Virus record (IMG/VR): IMGVR_UViG_3300021079_000011
Coordinates: 1-51,203 of that record
Source: a virus
Taxonomy: Duplodnaviria; Caudoviricetes
DNA length: 51,203 nucleotides
Reading direction: 5' to 3' (one strand)
A model generated the notes under the pieces. The model saw only the letters and a list, made by a program, of their open reading frames with translations, made no database searches and had not been told where the DNA came from. How positions within the stretch are numbered: the first letter of the stretch is position 1; every line of letters starts with the position of its first letter. The position numbers and the translations under genes were made by a program. Shown in pieces: positions 45,476 through 51,203 of the stretch.

Positions 45476-45867
45476 TAAAACCCCTCGCAATCTTGGCGAG
45501 CCTCTTCAAAAGTGCAATATCCTCTGCTTAGTTGTTTGTCCGCTCTGCGTATCTTCGCGGCCATCCTGCGGGTTTGAATGGCTGCTTTCTTGGTTCTGGC
45601 CTTGGCCAACTGCTCGGCCTGTGTCTGACTGCGAATGATGAACCTGAACAAATCTACGGCGAGCATGGACACCACGCGCCGGGTTCGCTCAGGTCTGAAC
45701 TCAATCAAATCACCATCCTTGAGCGTCACGACAAGCCGCTTGGCTTTATCAGAGCCGAATTGTCCGCCAAGCACAGTCCGGGTAACTCGACTGACCGGGG
45801 CTGGTTTCTGATTCACGATTTGACCGCTCGCGTCTCGGACTGGTCTTGTGTGTGAAAAGGTTTTCAT
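45475..45867 (-). CDS. basic hypothetical protein
   Basis: True start probably MKTFSHT (45867); the track's 5' extension overlaps other genes. Confidence 0.6.
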   Translation of the reverse strand: MKTFSHTRPVRDASGQIVNQKPAPVSRVTRTVLGGQFGSDKAKRLVVTLKDGDLIEFRPERTRRVVSMLAVDLFRFIIRSQTQAEQLAKARTKKAAIQTRRMAAKIRRADKQLSRGYCTFEEARQDCEGF

Positions 45868-45986
45868 GGTTTGTGAACGGCGAGCCACGCCAAAGTTAAT
45901 CCCGCACAGAACAGCACGGCGCACAGGACATAACACCATTTGCTGCCGTAAAACTTTTCCGCCCGGTCTTGAATGGTTGGCTTCAT
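45864..45986 (-). CDS. small membrane protein (40 aa, not in ORF track)
   Basis: MKPTIQDRAEKFYGSKWCYVLCAVLFCAGLTLAWLAVHKP; ATGA overlaps on both sides. Confidence 0.6.
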   Translation of the reverse strand: MKPTIQDRAEKFYGSKWCYVLCAVLFCAGLTLAWLAVHKP

Positions 45987-46453
45987 ATCCACCCTTTCGA
46001 TTTTTCAAGTGCTGCTCTGGCTGCGGCCATAAAATTGCAATTAACCAGTCCCCGCTCCGTTGCCGACTGGTCAAGCTGGGTTTGTGCGACATGAACAAGG
46101 TCGGCAAGGGCTTTATACAGTCCCGGTTCACGCTCTTTCGCGCATCCTTGATTCTCATAAGCAGACAGGGCGGAGCGGAGCGCAATTTCATCGGCGTATA
46201 AGTTCGCATCAGCTTCACCCCAAACGGTCAATGCTTTGGCAGCTTCCGCCACCGCAACCAGCAAGGCGTGGGAGTTGACCGCTGCAAAACGAATCTCGCT
46301 GCTAGTATGCTCTTGGCAGGTTTGCCATTCGTCGCCGTTGTCGTTGCCACTTACGAACAATGCGGGAGCATGGCAACAAGCCATTCCGCAAATGCCAGAG
46401 CTAGTGAGCCGCAGAAACTTCCTTGTCGCCGTCGCTTGTGTTTGTTTTTTCAT
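45983..46453 (-). CDS. hypothetical protein, paralog of 47329-47628
   Basis: MKKQTQATAT..., HALLVA..AA..LT, L.SAL.AYE. Confidence 0.65.
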   Translation of the reverse strand: MKKQTQATATRKFLRLTSSGICGMACCHAPALFVSGNDNGDEWQTCQEHTSSEIRFAAVNSHALLVAVAEAAKALTVWGEADANLYADEIALRSALSAYENQGCAKEREPGLYKALADLVHVAQTQLDQSATERGLVNCNFMAAARAALEKSKGWI

Positions 46454-46481
46454 TGATTGATTTAGGTTGAGGGGTTAGGGG

Positions 46482-46781
46482 TTAGGCCAATTCGACTGCC
46501 GTAGCCGTCCAGTGATGTTCTTTGCCGCTTGAATCTTCATCGCAGAACGTCGCGCCAATGAAGTAATTGCGAGCCTCTTTGAGCGTGACACCGATTGCCA
46601 TGCTGGTTACATAGCTTGAGCCGTCAGAGCGTGTCACCTTGAACGCAGGAAGCTCTTGGACGGGCTTGAATCCGCAGTTGAGGCAAAGACCACCAAAGGT
46701 CATGTGATGCGCTGTGCAAGTGATGGCCTTCTCGCTGCCGAACTTGGCGAGCGCAAAAGCATGATGTGTGATTGATTTCAT
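46482..46781 (-). CDS. hypothetical protein
   Basis: CLNCG motif; A-rich upstream tract. Confidence 0.6.
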   Translation of the reverse strand: MKSITHHAFALAKFGSEKAITCTAHHMTFGGLCLNCGFKPVQELPAFKVTRSDGSSYVTSMAIGVTLKEARNYFIGATFCDEDSSGKEHHWTATAVELA

Positions 46782-46823
46782 GTTTGTCGTTTCGTTTGTT
46801 TATGTTTAGCAGGGTGTATGCCG

Positions 46824-47357
46824 TTATCCGTAGCGTTTGCCTGATTCTGTGAACGTGTAGCCATTGGCGATAATCACTTCGTCAACCTGCTCGTAGGCAA
46901 GCTGATATTCCATTTCGTTTTGGAGCATGATTAAGTAATCTTCCAAGATGCTTTTGAGAAATTCATCGCAGAGCATACCGCGCTTGTCCTGCCACAGTTC
47001 CCATTCGACGTTTGTTTCGTCGTCGCCGTCAACGGCTTCAATTTTAGCGTTCAATTTCTTCAATTCACCAAGCCATGCCGTCGCCGTCTTGAACGTCTCG
47101 CAAGTGTCGCCGTGTTCGCTCAAAATCAAGTTGGCGCATTGCTCTGCCCCGCCGATACAGTTAAACTCTCCCGTTGCGTGGCGATTACGGTCTAAATCGA
47201 ATGACTTGATTTTCAGTCCGATGTTTTCAGCATCGTCGTAAATGCTTTCCCACCATTCATGTTGCAATGCGCCTTCGCGATACCATTCCCGCGCCTTGTC
47301 TTTGGCTTTGTCTGTCAGTTCGTTAAACTCAAATACTGTCGTTTCGATTGTTTTCAT
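46824..47357 (-). CDS. acidic conserved phage early protein
   Basis: MKTIETTVFEFNEL.DKAKDKAREWY...EYQ...I.ANGYTFTESG; start at 47357. Confidence 0.7.
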   Translation of the reverse strand: MKTIETTVFEFNELTDKAKDKAREWYREGALQHEWWESIYDDAENIGLKIKSFDLDRNRHATGEFNCIGGAEQCANLILSEHGDTCETFKTATAWLGELKKLNAKIEAVDGDDETNVEWELWQDKRGMLCDEFLKSILEDYLIMLQNEMEYQLAYEQVDEVIIANGYTFTESGKRYG

Positions 47358-47628
47358 AAGTGTTTTGATTGGTTTGTATCGTGAAACCCTTCTCATAAGC
47401 AGCTAGGGCGGATTTAAGGTTGTGCCAACAGGATTCACGGCTGATAGCGTCTGATTTAGCGGTCAGGAGTTCCGCCGCATCCTTAATGGCAACGAGCAAG
47501 GCGTGGTCGCTGCTGCTGATGGTAACCGTTGGCGGAACGCAGGGCTTTGGATTGTCCATGATATTTTGAATCATTGCCCGATATTCAGGGTCATTTCCTT
47601 TCATCGCCGTTGCTTGTGTTTGATTTTT
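47329..47628 (-). CDS. hypothetical protein, paralog of 45983-46453
   Basis: MKNQTQATAM..., HALLVA..AA..LT, LKSALAAYE. Confidence 0.6.
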   Translation of the reverse strand, partial: KNQTQATAMKGNDPEYRAMIQNIMDNPKPCVPPTVTISSSDHALLVAIKDAAELLTAKSDAISRESCWHNLKSALAAYEKGFTIQTNQNTYENNRNDSI

Positions 47629-47645
47629 CATTTGGTTTATTTGTT

Positions 47646-47870
47646 TCACAGTCCGGGTATTTGCATTGTTTGATTGTCATTGTCGTGATGATAAAAACCG
47701 CCGAAGCCATCGGAACAGTCCCCGGCATGGCCAGCTTCAAGGGCGCACGGCGGCATGAATCCGAACAGCTTCTTGCCACAGGTCGGCTTGCTGCTGGTCG
47801 CGGTCTGGCCAGCAAGGTTGAAAATGTCTTCCGCTCCGGGCAGTTCAAATTGTGGGATGTGCTTTTTCAT
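47646..47870 (-). CDS. small Cys/His protein
   Basis: C...CALEAGHAGDC; QFELPG. Confidence 0.55.
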   Translation of the reverse strand: MKKHIPQFELPGAEDIFNLAGQTATSSKPTCGKKLFGFMPPCALEAGHAGDCSDGFGGFYHHDNDNQTMQIPGL

Positions 47871-48283
47871 ACCTTGTTTACCTGCACGTTGACCGTGCCT
47901 ACTTTGTAATCAGAAACCCGCGAACGAGTGTCCGCAAAAATTCGGTATTTGCGCGGGGATGTTTTGACGAATGTTTTCCCAATCGAAAACTCGACAGGGT
48001 CTGCGAAGGCGAATTTTTCGCCCTCTTTAATGTCTTTGAATTTCATGTTCACAGTCTTGGTCATTCCGGCCTCAGCCCGTTTCTCGTTTTCAATCTCAAC
48101 GTAAAGCGCGGCGACTTGCGGCGACATTGCCCCGTCCTGCTTTTCGCCCCAAGCTTGCGCGGCTTCTTTTGTGTCGAACATTCCACACGCCACAAGCCAG
48201 CCGCCGTCCCGTATGTCGCAACGGAACTTTGACGGGTGCGGGTTTCCCATTGTTTCCGGGTTGTAGATTTGGTGGGTTATCAT
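47867..48283 (-). CDS. hypothetical protein
   Basis: C-terminal KFKDIKEGEKF module; coupled stops and starts. Confidence 0.6.
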   Translation of the reverse strand: MITHQIYNPETMGNPHPSKFRCDIRDGGWLVACGMFDTKEAAQAWGEKQDGAMSPQVAALYVEIENEKRAEAGMTKTVNMKFKDIKEGEKFAFADPVEFSIGKTFVKTSPRKYRIFADTRSRVSDYKVGTVNVQVNKV

Positions 48284-48498
48284 AGCTTTACAGTCCCAAT
48301 GACTTCGCGGGTTGTTCCGTCAATTATTTTGCCGCAAAAGTCGCAGCGATAATGCCCGACCCATCCGCACTTAGCGTCAGGCTCAACAAGCTGTCCGGTC
48401 TTGGCGCACGGATAAAAACCGTGCGTGTCCGGGGTGTTCTTACAAATGCAAACCCAGCAATCCGGGCTTTGCGGTTCACATGATATTGTTTCGGTCAT
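48280..48498 (-). CDS. Cys-rich Zn-binding protein
   Basis: CICKNTP..HGFYPC...YRCDFCGKII; ATG 48498 just after a minus-strand promoter. Confidence 0.65.
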   Translation of the reverse strand: MTETISCEPQSPDCWVCICKNTPDTHGFYPCAKTGQLVEPDAKCGWVGHYRCDFCGKIIDGTTREVIGTVKL

Positions 48499-48505
48499 AG
48501 CTAAA

Positions 48506-48571
48506 CAATTACACCACGCCGAAACTTTGTCAAATCTTTTTCTTGACAATTATTTCACCCCGCTGTAACTG
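48506..48571. promoter_or_regulatory. back-to-back divergent sigma70 promoters
   Basis: TTGTCAA-N-TTGACAA inverted pair (48527-48549); minus -10 TAATTG, plus -10 TAACTG. Confidence 0.7.
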
Positions 48572-48632
48572 TATCTCCACCGGGGCACAGTCCCGGTAAA
48601 ACAAACAACAAACCAAAAAAGGAAAAACAAAC

Positions 48633-48815
48633 ATGAAAGTCGAAATCGTAAACGGAAGGCTGGTCATAACAATTGACGCTCACACGTCGAACCCCCCGGC
48701 CAGCAATAGCGGCAAAACGCTCTTGGTGGCTTCCACTCACGGCAACAAGGCCACGACCGCAATGGTTGACGGCAAGCCGCTCGTCGTCTCGGTCAACGCC
48801 TACATTCCCCGCTGA
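48633..48815 (+). CDS. small conserved phage protein
   Basis: SNSGKTLLVAST.GN motif; AGGA upstream. Confidence 0.75.
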   Translation: MKVEIVNGRLVITIDAHTSNPPASNSGKTLLVASTHGNKATTAMVDGKPLVVSVNAYIPR

Positions 48816-48819
48816 CATT

Positions 48820-49209
48820 ATGAACAAACAAGCACTTCAATCAATGGATGGCTTCACTGGGACGATGCAATATCATCGGGCGAGCCTCTTTATTCTCTGC
48901 ACGGACGGCGTTTTGCATCTGTGTGAAAACGCTTCCGCATATTGGCTGCTTGACGCAATCGGCAGCTATCAACCGACGAAAAAAATCCGCTCGACTCCGG
49001 GGCTTTTGGAGTTTCAAGCATGGAAGCTTCGACCCGGCAAAGAGTTGAATTCCGCCACGCTCATTTGCGAAGACGGGAACAACAATGAAGTTCTGCGCCA
49101 AGAAATCGAATATTCCGACTTCCCGTTTGACGTTATCCCGGAAGCCGTTATCTGGGTTGAACCAACTGGCGAGGGCAAACCGCTGGCCTTGTTGCCGTCT
49201 GAACATTAA
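48820..49209 (+). CDS. DUF6876-like protein
   Basis: FTGT..Y, TDGV, AYWLLDAI, FQAWKL, EDGN, YSDFP, LLPSEH; start 48820. Confidence 0.7.
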   Translation: MNKQALQSMDGFTGTMQYHRASLFILCTDGVLHLCENASAYWLLDAIGSYQPTKKIRSTPGLLEFQAWKLRPGKELNSATLICEDGNNNEVLRQEIEYSDFPFDVIPEAVIWVEPTGEGKPLALLPSEH

Positions 49210-49227
49210 CCAAGAAAGACCAAAAAC

Positions 49228-49692
49228 ATGGGACTCGACATGTATCTAAGAGCATCGAAATACATCGGAGGCTGGGAACATTCCGGCGAAGACAAGGAAC
49301 GGTTCAAGGCTGTGCTGGCTGCCGCTGGCTTGCCTGAATCCGTCGCAACGCAGGACTCGCCCAGTCTTGCAGTCCGGGTGACGGTTTGCTATTGGCGGAA
49401 GGCCAACGCAATCCACAAGTGGCTCGTTGACACCGTGCAAGAAGGAAAAGACGAGTGCCAAGAAAGCTGCGTATCACGCGAGCAACTTGGCGAACTTGTT
49501 GCCCTTTGTGACTCTGCCATTGCCACGAAAAACGCCGCCTTGCTGCCCCCAGAGTCCGGGTTTTTCTTCGGCTCGACGGATGTGGACGAAGGTTACTGGG
49601 AAGACTTGAGGCACACCGCCGAATCAGTCCGGGCTTTGCTCGACAATCCCGACCTGAAAGACTGCGCGTTTTATTACCAAGCCAGTTGGTGA
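49228..49692 (+). CDS. conserved phage protein (MGLDMYL / YWRKANAIH family)
   Basis: MGLDMYL, YWRKANAIHKW, LP..SGFFFGS, FYYQASW. Confidence 0.8.
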   Translation: MGLDMYLRASKYIGGWEHSGEDKERFKAVLAAAGLPESVATQDSPSLAVRVTVCYWRKANAIHKWLVDTVQEGKDECQESCVSREQLGELVALCDSAIATKNAALLPPESGFFFGSTDVDEGYWEDLRHTAESVRALLDNPDLKDCAFYYQASW

Positions 49693-49763
49693 ACCAACCG
49701 CAAGCGCGAACACAGTCCCGGTCGGGCGCAAGCTTGGCCGGGAAATTTATTTTCAAAATCTTG

Positions 49764-49792
49764 TTGACAGGAATTACATTCAAGTGTAACAC
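49764..49792 (+). promoter_or_regulatory. sigma70-type early promoter
   Basis: AT-rich UP element, TTGACA, 17 bp, TAACAC; polar motif at the predicted +1. Confidence 0.65.
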
Positions 49793-49838
49793 AAAGACAG
49801 TCCCGGTAAATCCGGGCGTCAACAAAAGGAAAACAAAC

Positions 49839-50060
49839 ATGAAAAAAACAACTAGACCGCAACCCGGAGAGGCTTATCAGCCAAGCCCGAAACAACACGC
49901 CCTGAGCTACTTGGTTAGCGTCGGCCTTGCCACCGCTCAAAGCTCAACCCACTACCACGCTGGCCTTGCTTGTCCTTGTGGGACTTGCTTTTGCTGTGAG
50001 GTTTATTCACTGGTTTGGGACGTCAAGGCCAACACAAGTTTGGAGGCGGAAACGATATGA
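49839..50060 (+). CDS. small Cys-rich protein
   Basis: CPCGTCFCC; start after AAAAGGAAAACAAAC. Confidence 0.6.
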   Translation: MKKTTRPQPGEAYQPSPKQHALSYLVSVGLATAQSSTHYHAGLACPCGTCFCCEVYSLVWDVKANTSLEAETI

Positions 50061-50305
50061 ACGCGACCAAGCTACAACTTGAAGAGGTGCTTGCCGCCGC
50101 TGAATCCGGTGAGGGTATAGGGTTCTGCGTCCGTTGCGGTTCTGAGCATGCCGAGTGTGAACCCGATGCCCGGAACTATGCTTGCCAAGATTGTGGCCTT
50201 GCCACAGTCTTTGGCGCGGAGGAAATTCTAATTCACGCCGGGATGGACACCGGGACGGTCAATCCAAACTGGTTTCAGGAAGCCCCAGCGGAGGGCGAAC
50301 CATGA
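50057..50305 (+). CDS. Zn-ribbon protein
   Basis: GFCVRCG...EPDARNY.C..CG...VFGAEE. Confidence 0.75.
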   Translation: MNATKLQLEEVLAAAESGEGIGFCVRCGSEHAECEPDARNYACQDCGLATVFGAEEILIHAGMDTGTVNPNWFQEAPAEGEP

Positions 50306-50502
50306 GATGCGAAGACTTCCCTTGTTGCGGTCACGAATCCGGCTGCTGCCCCGACTACGACGAAGCCGGAAAACAACTCAACATGCGCTGCACCTGTGGC
50401 GCAAAGCTACCACTAACAAGCCGATACTCAATCTGCTCTTCATGCCTGAATGACGAACGCGACAGCATGCGCGAAGACGACCTGAATGATTGCCGGGACT
50501 GA
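50302..50502 (+). CDS. Cys-rich protein
   Basis: MRCEDFPCCGH..GCCP, CTCG, CSSC. Confidence 0.7.
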   Translation: MRCEDFPCCGHESGCCPDYDEAGKQLNMRCTCGAKLPLTSRYSICSSCLNDERDSMREDDLNDCRD

Positions 50503-50506
50503 TACC

Positions 50507-50590
50507 ATGAACACAATCCAACTCTGGCTGCCAACTGCCTTAATGCTCGCCGCAATCGTCCTAGCTTGCGCCCTACTGCGTCGAACCTAA
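50507..50590 (+). CDS. 27-aa membrane peptide (not in ORF track)
   Basis: MNTIQLWLPTALMLAAIVLACALLRRT between the upstream gene and a terminator. Confidence 0.5.
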   Translation: MNTIQLWLPTALMLAAIVLACALLRRT

Positions 50591-50607
50591 TCAACCAACA
50601 TCAACAC

Positions 50608-50646
50608 AGCCCCGGCCACGCGCAAGCCTGACCGGGGCTTTTCCTT
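50608..50646 (+). terminator. Rho-independent terminator
   Basis: AGCCCCGG/CCGGGGCT stem followed by TTTCCTT. Confidence 0.65.
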
Positions 50647-50679
50647 GACACAGGGACTGTCGCCACTCATGTTTCCGCT

Positions 50680-51045
50680 ATGCCAACCCTATTCACTAAA
50701 GAAACAGCCGTTGATGCCGCTCGAAAATCTGTCATTGCTCGAAAGGCCAACCAAATAGCGGCCATCGAACGGGCAAGACAAGCTGCCGAAGATAGGCTGG
50801 TTCTGCTCGAAAAGCTGGCTTTGGCCAACGGTGGCGCGGACGAAAACATCAGGCGCGGCGTAATCTTCGCACAGCTTGACCAATGTGACAACTTCATAAA
50901 CAAAGCCAAGACTGCCGAAGACTTCACGAAGCTTACAGCCGCGAAGGAACGGCTCTGGCACTTGGTTCATCCCAAGACAGGCAGCTTCAAACCCAAGCCG
51001 ACCAAGACTGCGCCAGTCCAAGCACAACCCGAACCCGAAGCATAG
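50680..51045 (+). CDS. putative terminase small subunit
   Basis: FTKETA..AARK N-terminus, helical body, own promoter, next to the C-tract non-coding region. Confidence 0.4.
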   Translation: MPTLFTKETAVDAARKSVIARKANQIAAIERARQAAEDRLVLLEKLALANGGADENIRRGVIFAQLDQCDNFINKAKTAEDFTKLTAAKERLWHLVHPKTGSFKPKPTKTAPVQAQPEPEA

Positions 51046-51203
51046 CCAAGCCCCGGCTTGAACCCTGCATCAAGCCTTGACCTTGACCAACGCTCTGACC
51101 TTAGGCCAAGACCTGCACGGCTTGGCTTGTGTCTCAACTGTGGACAGTCCGGGGCTGGCTTGAATCTAAATCAGGCCAGACCGTCCCCACACCCCCCACC
51201 CCC

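Larger units (their letters stand above)
9736..51153 (+). repeat. dispersed strand-polar motif ACAGTCC(C/G)GG(T)
   Basis: Exact 10-mers at 9736, 24234, 29151, 30700, 34006, 41371, 42095, 44596, 45043, 45773, 46117, 47648, 48587, 49712, 49797, 51144. Confidence 0.9.

Noticed and set aside
45868-46218. 5' extension of the 247-aa ORF (45475-46218)
   Set aside because: It overlaps two better-supported, ATGA-coupled genes (45983-46453 and 45864-45986)
41371-51153. Polar motif as phage RNA polymerase promoter or stoperator
   Set aside because: Orientation stays on + inside minus-strand operons, and no RNA polymerase motif was recognised
51179-51203. Biological direct terminal repeat
   Set aside because: A 25-bp exact overlap is equally explained by assembler k-mer overlap; reads are needed to decide
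1-51203. Integrase, diversity-generating retroelement, or alternative genetic code
   Set aside because: No tyrosine or serine recombinase or reverse transcriptase motifs seen, no template/variable repeat pair noticed, and genes tile densely under the standard code

Overview
The window looks like one complete, circularly assembled genome of a tailed dsDNA phage, probably podovirus-like. The last 25 bp repeat the first 25 bp. Layout: terminase large subunit on the minus strand (0.9-2.7 kb); tail and ejection genes including a 4017-aa polyvalent protein (2.7-22.7 kb); portal, scaffold, GroES, a glycosyl/methyltransferase cluster and the major capsid protein (22.7-33.8 kb); small Cys-repeat paralogs, a fibre with a signal peptide and lysis genes (34-38.9 kb); replication, regulation and many small early genes (39-51 kb). 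I saw no integrase, DNA polymerase, reverse transcriptase or CRISPR array. Four signals are not explained by the gene list. (1) Integron-type attC sites with both extrahelical bases at 43.9 and 44.5 kb, plus a degenerate one at 43.4 kb, bound gene cassettes in inverted orientation with no integrase in the genome. (2) A strand-polar motif, ACAGTCC(C/G)GG(T), occurs at least 16 times, all on the + strand regardless of gene direction and crowded into the last 10 kb. (3) A 131-nt tRNA-shaped RNA has its anticodon arm replaced by a long GAAA-capped hairpin. (4) Codon-identical 13-20 bp repeats sit at domain junctions inside the giant protein. Product calls come from motif recall and gene order, not database searches, and all counts are by eye.
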